Shown here one piece after another: positions 12,511 to 25,033 of a DNA stretch of 64,000 nt. Source of the stretch: Neoechinorhynchus agilis. Taxonomy: Eukaryota; Animalia; Acanthocephala. A program made the translations under genes and the position numbers. The stretch lies in NCBI GenBank assembly GCA_051530055.1, contig CM121342.1, positions 7,324,691 through 7,388,690 of the forward strand, in the 5' to 3' direction. Numbering within the stretch: position 1 is the first letter of the stretch; every line of letters starts with the position of its first letter. The notes beneath the pieces are model-generated. The model worked only from the letters and a program-made list of their open reading frames with translations, ran no database searches and was not told the origin of the DNA.

Positions 12511-12649
12511 CACCCCAAAATACAATTAAAATGTATTCTGTTAGCCACCCACAAACGATAAATATTTCATAAATAAATCAATTGATTGATGTGACCTTGT
12601 CGTTTCCAACTGTTCGAAAATTTGGCGGATTTTGTAGAATGATCAAAAA

Positions 12650-13520
12650 CAAGGCGACACGCAAACAACTTTTTTGGCTGTCCCGGCTCGATTTATCATG
12701 CGTTTCCAACCGTAGATTAAAGGAATGTTAAACGGATTGAATGGTCGTTCAATAGATCAATAACACCAGGTCGTCCGTCCGTACAGATCAAATCAATCAA
12801 TGGAGCGCATTTAAACTAGCAGATATGGTCGTTTGATTTTATTCTTGCTTCCGGAAACATCATTCTATGCCGGGCGCCTAATCGCTTCAATGCATCAACA
12901 TAATCAAATCTCACTCTGGATGAAAAAAGCTCTGATCGATGCCTCGGTTGCGGCAACAAATTCTCGTTTGTTGGTCGGAAAGCGGAAACATAATTTCTTC
13001 TTTTTGCTTTTGAATAATGATTGAATCATTCGTATTCGATCGGAACCACGGAACACTCAAAACGGAGTTTCATTCTCAATGCTAACCAGCATCGTTGATC
13101 CATCAACCTCATTCACAGTGGCATTTCTCCATTGATCCGGTTGATCAGCCATGAATTCTAATTTAGAACCAATTGTAACTGCGATCAGTAGACGATTTCT
13201 AGTGAAATACAGACTAAGGAATATCTCGAATTCATCAGGTAGGCGCTATAAGTGAACCGGAATTCTCATTTTTCCACAGCACGTCCTAATCTGGGATACT
13301 GGACGTATTTGGTGAACCCATTAAGGAAAAAAAACCAAATATCGATAATTATTCTGGACGTTTGGGAGTTCCGCAATAACTCCATCGCCCATTTCATTGT
13401 ATTCATTCGTTTGAACAAGACAACGAGTCTCATGACTGTGCTGAAGCCATGAATCTCTGATCAACTGCAATAAGAACATTACCCGAATATCACAATGCTT
13501 CTTGTAATTTGGAAGGATAC
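12650..13520 (-). mobile_element. Possible highly degenerate retroviral-type integrase remnant
   Basis: Minus-strand YRYLVFFLNGFTKYVQYP resembles the rve core GYxYILVxxDxFTK; a TPF..G motif lies downstream; many stops. Confidence 0.3.
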
Positions 13521-14189
13521 TCAAGATCTGTGATCCCTTGAAACTGACGCTTTGATGACATCGCCTATTAAATATGAGATGAAGGGGTTTTTAGCGTTGG
13601 TGGAGAATAAGTGGCTATCTTCTGTAAATTGCATTCTAAGAAAAACAACCAATAAAAAGCGATCTCACTGAAACCAAAACAAAATAATTTTTCGTTAAAA
13701 AAATTTGTTAATAAAATCCAAGTTCTACTTGATTAGTGAAATTCATTCCCTCAATTAAAACATAAAATTCTCCAAATTTCTAAGATAAGATATTGAAAAA
13801 AGGATCGCTTCGCTTAAATTGGAAAATGACTCATTTTCAATACAGGAAATAGTTTTTAAAATTTATCCAAAGATCAACATTTAGAAGTAAAAAATATTAT
13901 TTCATACCACAAAACGATTTTCTATTCAGAATTCTTAGCTTCCAAGTTCAAATTTTTTCGTTATTCAGGATAAATTAATACTTTTTTGGATCGTATTAAT
14001 TTTTTCAAGTGTAAAATGTTTAAATTAGAGTCTTGTGATTTTTCTCTTTATCTTGATTCCGTTTCAGTAAAGTTAAGAGATTCGATATCTTCGATCGATA
14101 TATCCAAGTCTTGTAAACATTTTCCATTGTCATTTTTTCGCAGAAGGATTTGAATTTTTAGTAGTGATCGGAAATGCAACAAAATCTTC

Positions 14190-15508
14190 TCATTGAATGA
14201 TACTTTTAATCGTGTTTTTTCTCTCTAAAGACTTCATTATTGAAATCAAACGGGATTTATTGCTGAAATCTTTTTTTACTGCGATTAATTGAACTTTAAG
14301 CTTCCAAACTTGCTCGCTTTCCAACTTTTTGGTTACTTTTAACACATTTCCAGTGATGGTAACATCAGGATCCTTTTCGTTCAAGAATGAATAACTATAA
14401 TCCACATCGTGCTTGTCTGAGGATTCCTTATATCGATATTCCCAAGTTCTATGTCTTAGATTCGTTATTTCGATTTCAATATCCGTAGTTATAACTCGTC
14501 CACTTTCTTTAAAATTATCCACCTTTCTTCTAATGAGTCCGCTTGAATCTTCACCGATTCTTATTTCTCGCTTTGCTCCTGCTGGTAATTGATCGAGCCG
14601 AACATTTGCAATAATACGTCCTTGTTCTCTAATAGACATTTTCCCAGTTGGTAGAAATTCGTTACTTGTAATTTCATAAATTCTACTAAACTTCAACTCT
14701 TCTCTTTTCTCATTTATTGTTTCATATGAAGACCAAAAATGTGGCGTTATTTTAGCGTCCAGAAACTCTTCATAGAGGTCACTACGAGCACTTAGCTTAA
14801 AGGGTTTACTAATCGTGTATTGGAAAAGCCCTCCGATTTCCTTATGATCGCCAATATCGATCGAAGGAGGCGGTGCTGCGTCGGTCATTGATGCGTAGGC
14901 TACCGCACTCTCTTGGAATTGGATGTGGAATGATCTCCTCCAAATAATTCAGCGCTATTGACTTTGTATGAATGAGTACTCGGGTTAGAAATGACCGCAT
15001 AGCATTTTATCGTGGCATTCTGGTCTTTTTCCTCAACGTCCAATCGATATATCGGTCTCCATTTTATTTGTCTATCTAAATAACTGAGAATTGCCGTCTT
15101 TACGCTGGGATCATGGATGTGAAATCTAACGGAAACCACGTTTTTCATCGGAGCTGATTTAAATTCGAACTGTGACCGATTAGCGTAATAGAACCTTTTT
15201 GTCTCAATGTCCTGAACAAGACTGCTATCATCGTCAATAAAAATGGCTCCTTTGCATTCCCCCGTTTTCTCGGTTCTTACGAAAATCTCTTCTCCTTCAA
15301 GACTGTGATTCTGGGTTGTAACGGTCGTCGAAACTCTTCCATTTGGGACTTCCAAATCAATACTGTCCGGTACGATATGGCAAAAATCCGATTGATGAAA
15401 TCGAACAGTCGCCTTTGCCTCTTCTAATATGTCGATGTTTTCTCTAATTTCCGAGAATTGATCGTATATTCTAAGGTCAATCGAACTTTCTTCATTGCCC
15501 AATGACAT
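14190..15508 (-). pseudogene. Bacterial-type DUF4139-family protein, intronless, one frameshift
   Basis: DLRIYDQFSEIRE start, LSYLDRQIKWRPIYRL, ELFGGD and GLFQYTISKPFKL motifs. The second ORF is in the -1 frame and reads ESAVAYASMTDAAPPP upstream of its ATG. Confidence 0.65.
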
Positions 15509-16077
15509 TCTGGTCTGAAGATCTATAAGCGATGAAAGTGAACACTCATAGAAAGTGTGGCGAAACTCACTGAGTCACTCTTTTCATCATCGACAACTAC
15601 ACACCGTGAGTTTTATGTGGTCATAAACAGTAGTTGCCCAAAACAATTTATTTATTCGAATAACTGGTGAAAATAAACTTTTATCTTGCAATATTTCTAG
15701 TCCAAAATTTATTTAATATGATAAAGTATCAAATATTTTTGATACCAGACGTATCAATCCACTAGCCATTGGATTCTTTAAGGATTTATTCATTTTCATT
15801 ATCAGCGTCAATAAAATTCAATGATATTTTTTGCGATATCGGCAGGGACGATCATCGATTTTGATCAAAGGTCTTAGTAAAAATATAGCACAAAGGAATC
15901 AGAAAAGGTGAATTTTTCTTAATGATTTGAGATTTCCGGTCATTTCAAAATCATATTCTTACAAGCTTTTATTCGATTTTCTTCATGGAATCGATATTAG
16001 GTCCTTTATATACACCAATCAATACATTTTAGCAAGACTGCCCGATCCAAATCCTCAATATCGGTTCTGGGCGTACA

Positions 16078-19000
16078 AAAAATTTTCTTTTATTTTTTCG
16101 GTGCCCTCTGAAGCGTCCGAGCGGACACTGTACTCGTCATTGGGCTTTGGCCTGAGGCCGGAACTTACTGTAAATTGTTTCGAGATAGAAGTGAAAGTTA
16201 AAAAGCTGTTTTTCGCAGTGAGAGTTCGTTAGCGAAAATCGATGCTCTTTTGATGTTCTTTGAAAAGTGAGCCTTACCTTAACTCACGGAGAAAAACTTC
16301 TTGCGCTCTTCGCTATCTATGATCTCGTCAATAAACACCTTACCTTGAAAGTTGCGGCGAATCCAACAGGGCTTTAAAAATTAAAATTATACTTAATTTT
16401 TACTTTCGAATACAAGGCTCTTTGAATCTTTGCTAAAAACGAAAGTGAGTGAAATGTAAAAATCGTTAAAATAAATCGTACATTCATAGATTAACTTCAT
16501 TAAGGTTAAGTCAAGAGTTTCCATCGCAAACTCTACTTATTGGACAACAACATTTCTTGGTCGTTCTTTTCAGCATTGTCGGCTTTCGTCTTTGTTCTCC
16601 TTTCCCAGCGTCTTGAAATCTCCGTTCACACCGTCCTTCTACCTCTTTTTGGGCCTCCCTCTTCTCGTTTTCCCCTCGAGCTGCGTCTTCATCTGCTTGT
16701 GTGACCTGAGGATACCATCGCATCCGCCTCTTAGCGATTGCCTCCTCGATCGGCTCGGAAGCAAACAGTTTTCGCACCTCCTCATTGGGCACTCGATCTT
16801 TGCGTGTCAATCCTGCGGACCATCTAGGCATCCGCATTTCGTTGACGGCTAATCGTTGAACGTCTTCCTTCTTCGTATCCAACTTCTCGCGGGTCGAACT
16901 GCCTTGTAAACCCGCCCTTTAGGCTTGTTCGGGAGACGCTTATCGCAAAGGATGCCTGTTGTCTTCCGCCAGTTGTAAGTGGACGAAGAAAAAATTGATC
17001 ACTCACAGTGCTTTGAGGAAAATCGAAAGCGAAGCGCGGGAATTTTCGATGAAGATGAAAAAGATGGCTAGCCGGTGGCTCCGCTGTGGCATCGCATTCT
17101 CGGTACATCGCTTAGTGTTCGGGGCAATTCCTTTTCCTGAGGAATGCCCACACCAGATCTCGAGGGGCCGTGTCGTACGCACCTTCCAAATCGACGAACA
17201 CAATGTTCAACGGACACTGCATCTCACTGAACCTCTCAGCTGCCTTAGCACGAATATTGCATCGATTGTGCTTCCGCCGGGCATGAATCCTCGTTGGTCC
17301 TCGCTGATTCGGATCTTCTATCTAATTCTGTGATCGATAATTCGTTCCCACAGTTTCATTGTGTGAGACATGAGTTTAATGGTGCGGTAGCTCCTATACT
17401 TCAGAACATCTCCTTTGCTTTTGAAGATCGGTATCAATATGCTTCCCTGTCATTCCGGCGGGATCTTTTCCTCCAAATCCATCTTCTGAAAGAGCATCGT
17501 AAGCAACTTTATTCCGAAGACTCCAAGGGATTGCCACAGCTCGATTTGAATGTTATCTGGACCCCGGCTCCTACCAGTCTTCATTTTCCTCAGAAGTGCA
17601 GCAACCTCATCGTCCGAGTACGGCCTCGTCATATTGACATTCGGGTGAACGTCCTCTAGAGGCAGTCTGTCATTCTCAGTGTTCAACAGAGTGCTGAAAT
17701 ATTCCTTCCACCTATCCAAAATGTCCTTGCATTGGTCCAGCGTCCTACTGTGGCTATCACTGATCATTTTGAGGTGCACGATATCCCGCGATTTTTTATC
17801 CCTGACTTTGACCAATCTACAACTCCCTCGCTGTAATTGCTCAAACAGGTCGTTATCGGCTTCTCTCTTGGCTTTGGCGCATTCTCGTGAGGCCTTAGCG
17901 TCAAAATCCAATCTTTTCCTGGCTGACTTTTTCAGACTGATTGTGTCCTTGACGAATGGATTCCACCACCTTGCTTCTTTGTTTTGGGATGGAGGTTTCC
18001 TTGATGTAATTCTTAGGATGTTCTTTGCTTCACTACGAATCGCTTCGGCTAGCGTTCCAGTTCAGCCACATTCTCGCTCAATTTCCGGATAAGCCCCATT
18101 TTCATCTTTTCCCTGAGTATGGGATCCTTTAGCCTCCACCACTTGATTTTAGGCGCAATGCTCGTTGTCGGCTGTTTGGTTTTCCCTCGAATATTGAGGT
18201 CCATCACAAGCACTCTATATTGCGTCGTGCACTCTTCTCCTAGTAATATCTTGACATTCTGAACTTCACTCCACTTCGCTATCGGATACAAAATGAAATC
18301 GATTTTGGCTTGATCTTCCACCGCTTGAGTATATGTGAAGGTGCCGTGGGTCTTTTTTGAAGTATTGGAAATACGCAACTCCAACGCTGCTGCGTAATCC
18401 AATAGTCTAACATCCTCGGCGTTCCTTGATTCTACACTGTGTCCTTCAGAAATTCGCTTGTATCCATCTCTCGGTCCCACGTGTCCGTTGAAATCACCGG
18501 TTATCACATATCGTTCCCCCATAGTCCTTGTCAATTCAGATTGATCCAGCCAAAATTCATCTTTCTCCTCCTCGCTGCAACCGAACTGCGGGGCGTATGC
18601 CGCCAATACTGTCGTGATTCCATTACTAACGTTTATCTTCACCGCCATAACTCGATCACTTGCTCTTTTCACTTCCATTACATCGTCGACTAGATCTTTA
18701 GCGATTACAATACCGACCCTGTTTCTACCACTTGTTCCGCCACTATAAATTAGTTTATAACTTTATCTCAGTTCTTTAGTCTTGCATCCTTTCCATCGTA
18801 ATTCTTGTACGCCCAGTATCTGAATTTTTCTTCTCCTCATCAAATCGGCAACTTCCCTGCTTCTCCCGGTCAATGAACCTACGTTCAGGGTGCCGATTCG
18901 TATTTTGAAAGCGACTCGCTTCTTTAGTTGGACCCGTCCTTGATCCGGTAACCCTGAATAATTTTTCAAACCCCGGACGCCGGCTTTGCGCGTCGCATGA

Positions 19001-19148
19001 AGGGAACGCCCTCGATCGGAGGTATTAGACTTGACATTGCTAAAGTGTTCTTGGCTAAAGGTTTTACAGCCGGATGCTCTTCCTGACGCCAACCCTCCCC
19101 ATTTGTCCGGGCTTGGGGCCTGCACCGAGTCACCCCGAAGGCTGGGTT
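16078..19148 (-). mobile_element. RTE-clade non-LTR derivative, 5'-complete, RT catalytic core deleted, ~430-bp 3' extension with A-rich tail
   Basis: APE motifs (IGTLNVGSLTG, QELRWKG, AYAPQ, GDFNGHVG, IDFIL), RT N-terminus (IKLMSHTMKLWERI), C-terminal MPRWSAG..R.DRV.NE.VR; no QGS/YADD region. Confidence 0.9.
19089..19148 (-). ncRNA. Twister ribozyme (3' cleavage product) at the RTE 5' end
   Basis: Minus strand reads AA-CCCA-GCC-T-TCGGG-GTGA-CTCGG-T-GCAGG-CCCCAAG-CCCGG-ACAAA-TGGG-GAGGG-TTGG. P2 is CCCA/TGGG, P3 has a GNRA loop, and CCCAAGCCCGG and GAGGG are conserved. Confidence 0.8.
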
Positions 19149-19409
19149 GTTTTAAATCTTATAAAGATTCATGAAAATAAAGTTGCATGTTTTGTTGATG
19201 ATCTCCAAGCAAAGGAAAATGATCTTTGTGGCCTCAAAGACGAACGCGATAATTTATTAAAATAATAACACGTTTATTGAAAATACAAAGAAAGGTTTAG
19301 GAGGACCCATGTTTTTAGTGATCTGTCTATTACTAGCAAACAATCTACGTCCATAAAAACTTACAAGCAAACGAAAAGTTCCAAACGCAACATCACCACA
19401 AAATATGAA

Positions 19410-22400
19410 TTGCCTTTACCAATCAATTTAAACACTTGCAAACATCGTAAACACTTGCAAACATCGTTCAAGAGATTCCATTCAAATACAAAACACTTGC
19501 AAACAATAAAATCTGGAAATAATTATTGCAAACAATTAACTTACAAGCAAAAACTTACAAGCAATTGGCATGCCAACGATTCCACCGCCGTTCCCTCGCT
19601 CAATTCGGGACTTAATCATCTCACGAAACCACGATTCGCCGCATGTCGCAGCGTCCACGCTCTACGCTGCGGACGCAGACCACCTCACGAGAGGATTGAT
19701 GCTGCAAATTCACAAAATCAACTTTGCTCCGAACAACCTGTAGAGAACAAGCGGCAAAGGGAAATTTCAAGTACTCTGGGAGGTGAGGCCATTGCTTCCC
19801 GATATCCGAAGCTCTCAACACATAATTGCCAGGCCTGTGACAAGCAGATCAAAATTACGAAAGGGGGGAATTGTGGACTCACGGCCCAAGGGATTCCCGA
19901 TGTGTTGGTTCCGGCCTTTTGCTAGCAAACTCTGCTCCTCAGTTCAATGAACCTCTACAGAGCATCCAAAACATCGTCCATTGCACCCCTTCGTTGCTGC
20001 AGATCGTGCGCTGCCCAGAAACATCCTGAAGCCGATCTCGAAGGGCGCTCGATTTCAGGTAGCGAAGAAACCATGATGAGCGACTGTCTCGAGACAAATA
20101 CCGAAATATCTTGGACACGCCTTTTCGCTTTCCCGAGACTGGTGTGCTGGAGTACCATCTGACGAGTCCCTTGTTACCCTCATCAAAAACCGGGTGTCCT
20201 CCTTCGACAATTCGTTTGGAGAGGTTCTACGCAAAGCTCGCGTTTTTAGGGGAGATTTCTCAAAGCCACCGAATCCGAGCCGAGTTTCAACCCGTTCAAT
20301 GATCCAGAGAGTGCCTTTTAAATTCGCCGATGGTGAGGCGCAGTTCGCATTCTATCATCCACCAACGAATTCGCAAGAGATGATACGAAAACTCACGAAC
20401 TTCTCAGATTCGGAGATGATCCCCTCGTGCACCCCGTTGAAGTTTTCGGTTGATGTTGCTAAAAAAAGCCGTTTCTTCGTTCGCAAATGGGTCAGCACAT
20501 GGGCTAGGCGGGCTTCGGCCTCAGCACCTAAAGGACATGATGTCCTTCTCCGTAGGTGATCCATCCCATGTTCTCCTGAAAGCCTTGACTCGGTTAGTCG
20601 GCGTTTTCTCTCGAGACAACCTGTTCTCTAAAGCGATCGAATTCTTTTTTGGCGCTTCCCTCTGCGCTTTAGAAAAGAAGGACGGTGGAATTCGTCCCAT
20701 CGGGATTGGTTCTACATTGAGACGACCAGCAGGGAAAGTGATTTCTAGGTGAGTCTCAGAAGGTGTCGCCTAAATTCTTCGTCCAGTTCAACTGGGTTTC
20801 TGCATACCTTGCGGAGCGGAAGCCATGGTCGACGCACTCCGCACATTTGTTATTGAGAACGTCAAACCGTGTTCGATCCTGAAATTAGATTTCCGGAACG
20901 CCTTCAATTCCGTTAATCGTAACTCGCTCTTAAAGGCTCTGAGCTGCGACACGATCACATCATTCCTTCCGAACGAGGCGTTCAGCAGGGAGACCCGTTA
21001 GGTCCCATTGGTTTCGCGCTCACAATAAACGATTTAGCGCATTCTCCTGATGCCGAATTCAATGCTTGGTACCTGGACGATGCTACGCAGGGAGGCGATC
21101 CCCAGGTAGTTGTCCGTGACCTGGAGAAAATCAAGATGGGGGAAGCAAGCTGGGCATTGAATTGAGCACAGAAAAGTTCGAAATTCTATTCCTTAAAATA
21201 GAGACGAGCCCTGCAAAAGACGTAAAAAATCGCGACTTTGAAAATGTTCCCCCCAGGATAGAAATGATCGACTTAGACCGGCTTAAGCTTTTCGGCAGTT
21301 GGGTCTTTGATGGGAATGTAAAAAACGAAATTAACTGCCTTCTAGCGAAATTATCGATGCTTTGCGACAGGGTCTGTGAGCTTGGATCACACGAGGTTCT
21401 GTTCTTGATAAAGAATACCCTCTTCATCCCCAAGTTCCTTTACGCTCTACGCACTGCGCCGTTTTTCAATCACAAGGTTCAGCATGGCAAGCGAGATGAC
21501 AGATTGAAGGACTATCTCGAGCAAGTTTTAAATGTCCAGCTGCCAGAAGAGGCATGGCGACGAGCATCCTTGCCTGTATCTTCTGGAGGGTTGGGCATCC
21601 GGAAAACAGCAGGCATTTCTCTGCCCGCATTTCTAGGCTCCTATGAGGGAAGCGCAGTTCAGCGCATTTTGAAATCTACTTATCGTCTTGATAGGCATTT
21701 TGAAGAGGGAATCAGTGAGTGGTGTACACTGACCAATTCCGATCAAATACAGCGACGGCGTTGTCCGTGCCAGGTTGTTGGCAGTCTCCACTAGAGAATC
21801 AGGTGCTTGGTTGAACGCAGTCCCGTTTGCATCTGTTGGTATTTTCCCCTTCGACGAGGCAGTACTGCTCGGAGTTTCAATGAGATTAGGACTACCGATG
21901 TGTCGACCCCACCGTTGCAGCTGCGGTGCAAATGTGGATTCGTCGGGACGTCACGGTCTCATCTGTTGAAAATCAGCCGGCAGATTAGCAAGACATTCCG
22001 AAATTAACATTGTGCTGAGCCGGGCACTTGTTATGCGGTGAATACCCCCAATATTTTGGAACCTGTCAACCTCTGTAAGGACGACGGGCTTAGACCTGAC
22101 GGGGTGACCGCATTTCCGTGGTGGGAAGGTAAATGCCTCCTCTGGGACGCCACTGTGTCGATACACTCGCGGCCAGCAATCTCAAGTTCTCGGTGGTTGA
22201 GCGCTGCCGAAAGCGGAAAACGACGAAATACCTCGATTTAACCTGGGCCCACTTGTTTGTGCCTTTTGGGGTTGAGACCTACGGATCTCTTGGTAGCGAG
22301 GCTCTTCAACTTCTGAAGGATCTGAAGCGACGCCTTCATGTTACAACCGGTGATGCAAGGTCAATACCTGGTTCAAAATATCAGCATCGCCGTATTGAGA

Positions 22401-22445
22401 GGCAACACTGCAAGCATTCGGGCGACAATTGAGAGTTCAAAAATG
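19410..22445 (+). mobile_element. CRE-clade non-LTR retrotransposon, long degenerate copy
   Basis: WTRLFAFPRL, GLRPQHLKD, EKKDGGIRPIGIG, LDFRNAFN, QQGDPLG, WYLDD, CSCG..HGLIC, DGLRPDG, WDAT, PFGVET and RGN motifs across frameshifted ORFs; 5' boundary approximate. Confidence 0.85.
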
Positions 22446-22809
22446 TGGCGATGCGTGTAAATGTCCAGGGCACTGTCCAAACACATTGGTCAGTCAAGAA
22501 ATTCGAGCTTATTTGGAGGTATTTGTTCATAGAATTAAAAGATTGGGTGTCCGTGTGAACCACGATCTTCCAAAGGGTTATTTTGTTTGTCAACAGGACA
22601 GCGATACGGAGAGAAATGGAAACGTAGCGCCGATCACCAACGTGTCTCATCTTTTTCATCGCTCTCAGAGCAATGCCAATTTGCTCATTCAGAAGGTTCA
22701 CTTTAAATCTAATGGAACAGACAGACAAGCAATGGCTCTTTTCACCGTTCGAGATTTGTTAGCGGGCGAACAACTCACTGTTCCGGCGGTTTTGCGAAAT
22801 AAATACTAA
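22445..22809 (+). pseudogene. Pre-SET/SET domain fragment (SUV39/EHMT/SETDB-like H3K9 methyltransferase family), internally deleted
   Basis: CGDACKCPGHCPNTLV (pre-SET), LEVF...GVR...DLPKGYFVC, GNVA and ALFTVRDLLAGEQLT motifs; the NHSC motif is degraded. Confidence 0.7.
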
Positions 22810-23310
22810 AGGTCACAGTGTTTATTGAATGTTATCGCCATCAACCTGCGCGATTTGTAACGAACTTAATCGCTGTCTTCGGCTTAAAGCTGTTAGTCAC
22901 TTTTTCTGTTTTATTGCGGCGAAAGCATCGAAATTCACTCACAAAGTTTTTCAGCGTTAAAAAGTTTCCAAAATCTCTTTGATTTGAACTTCATCAAACG
23001 TAATAATCATTTATATAAAGTCTTCTCTTTATTCCGCACATTGCGACGTTGAGTTTCTTTATTTTTTCGTGAGTTTGAACTGTCGTAATTTAGCGAGACT
23101 TCTTTTATCTTCCTTGAAAGTCTAAGTCTCGGAGCAGCATCGTTTCCTAACGTTTCAATGAGTTTCTTCACTTTAACATTCAGAACACCAGACAGAAATC
23201 ACGTTTCGGCGACACCGATTAAAGCTATCGCAATGCTTCTTTTAAACTTGTTCGTTACAAATGCATGTTTCGTCCAGTTAATTTTTTTGAGGATTATTGC
23301 ACGCCACATA

Positions 23311-23730
23311 GAAAATTAAGCCAATCAGCATGCAATTCACAGCTGGATGCCGTTTTAAGAATGAGAAACAAAATCACACATTTAAGACAAGTCTCATGCC
23401 ATTTATTCTAGGAATTGAAATTGATCTTGAACCTTAAAAATAGAGAAAGCAATTTATACGCACCATTTGAGCAAATAATTAAATAGAATGATAACTTAAA
23501 TAACTACTTTAGAAATTGCATAAAATAACAACCTGGTGATGATATAAAAATCCAAAGGGTGTAAAACAAATTAATAATTCAAACAAAATATATAATTAAA
23601 TTCAAAGATAAAGCGTCCATTACACGGGTAAAAACAAAAGCGGCACGTGATGATTAATTATTTTTAGGGTTTATTTCCTATTTTATACCGGTGCCCCGCT
23701 GTTATGCACACGCTGATTGGCTGAAATTTT
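23311..23730. repeat. Possible MITE, or paired CCAAT boxes, upstream of the Tudor gene
   Basis: Imperfect ~30-bp inverted repeats centred on AGCCAATCAGC (~23318) and GCTGATTGGCT (~23712). Confidence 0.35.
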
Positions 23731-23860
23731 ATAACGCTTAGCAAGATAAAGTATCCCCTTTATTCTTTTCACTCACAAGCTTTATATTGCTTCTATCTTT
23801 GAAAGTATACAGTTAGATCGGCTTCTTGACTAAAATTATTCCTACAGAAAATCATCAATA

Positions 23861-25033
23861 ATGAGCACTTTTGTACCTCCAGCGGATTACCCGCAGTTTA
23901 TAGTTTCTCTACAAGATTCTGTCTATTGTCAAGTCAGTTACATGGATAATCCTCAAAATATTTACCTTCTACCAAATTTAATCTTCAAAAATCGATTGGA
24001 TCTTGAGATCGGTCTACGAAATGTTTATGAATCTCTTCGTTTCAATCAATTTCTTGTGTATGGTCTTAATTCCAAATGTATTGGCAAGTCCCTTGTGGAC
24101 GGAAAGTGGTACCGGGGTCAAATTACAGAAGTGAATATTCTGACATCTTCATTCAAAGTCTTTTACATTGATTACGGTCACCAAGAGTGGCTTCCATTGG
24201 TAAATCTACGACCGGTTAAAAGAATCTTCAACTCCATTCCAAGGCTGGCCCTTCCATGTAAATTGAAATTGGAAAACCAAGATGGCAATTTCGTACTTGC
24301 AAATCAAAACCACTCACAAGTTCCTGAGGCAGCATTTGAAGGGAATGTCTTTTGTGATTTTATAAGAAAGGACGAGGACGGCAAATATTTGATTAATATC
24401 GAAATTATTTATAAGCTGGTGCACTTCTGCAACATTGAAAATATTTTTATAACCCAATTTATCCAGGAATGGCGAACTTATCTGAATCGAGAATTGATTA
24501 ATTTAAATGGACGTCACGCTGAGGAGGTATCGAGAGAACTTTATCCTGGCCATTATTGTCTCGTCAAAGATTCCGATAAATCATTCAAAAGAGTAAAGAT
24601 CCTGGAGGACCAGGGTCATAGATTTCTTGTCGAAGAAGTAGATTCCGGAAAGATACGGTTTGTTTCTAAATTAATGTGCTACGTTGCTTCGCCATCGATA
24701 CTCGCTATTCGAAAGACGATTTTTAAGTGTCATTTGTATGGATGTTCAACTAAAGAAATGGCTCAAGGACCGTTAGAGTATCGGTTTCGGCAAATGGACA
24801 CTCGATTCGCACAAAAGGAACGACTAATCGCAAAGATTATTGGCTACGACGTTTCGCGACAATCATTTGTGGTGAAGCTATCGATTAAAAAGTCGTATGG
24901 ATTGAAACCATTGGAAAAATCTTTATCGCATTTGTTGGTATTTGATAAATCAAACGGACAATCAGAGGATACAACGAATGGACAAAATAGCGAACATGCC
25001 AATACAATGGACGACTCGCAACTGAACAACTAG
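23861..25033 (+). CDS. Tandem extended-Tudor domain protein (TDRD-like), 390 aa, intronless
   Basis: DGKWYRGQI..KVFYIDYG..EW...LRP..P.LA.PCKL, followed by a second degenerate Tudor (YCLVK..FKRVKI..FLVEEVDSG). Confidence 0.85.
   Translation: MSTFVPPADYPQFIVSLQDSVYCQVSYMDNPQNIYLLPNLIFKNRLDLEIGLRNVYESLRFNQFLVYGLNSKCIGKSLVDGKWYRGQITEVNILTSSFKVFYIDYGHQEWLPLVNLRPVKRIFNSIPRLALPCKLKLENQDGNFVLANQNHSQVPEAAFEGNVFCDFIRKDEDGKYLINIEIIYKLVHFCNIENIFITQFIQEWRTYLNRELINLNGRHAEEVSRELYPGHYCLVKDSDKSFKRVKILEDQGHRFLVEEVDSGKIRFVSKLMCYVASPSILAIRKTIFKCHLYGCSTKEMAQGPLEYRFRQMDTRFAQKERLIAKIIGYDVSRQSFVVKLSIKKSYGLKPLEKSLSHLLVFDKSNGQSEDTTNGQNSEHANTMDDSQLNN

Noticed and set aside
15900-16075. Possible BTB/SKP1-like fragment on the minus strand (IEDLDRAVLLKCIDWC)
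   Set aside because: Too short and interrupted to support.
19340-19565. Spliced-leader target for the CRE element (AACTTACAAGCA repeats)
   Set aside because: No SL hallmarks (donor GT plus Sm site); looks like simple short repeats.
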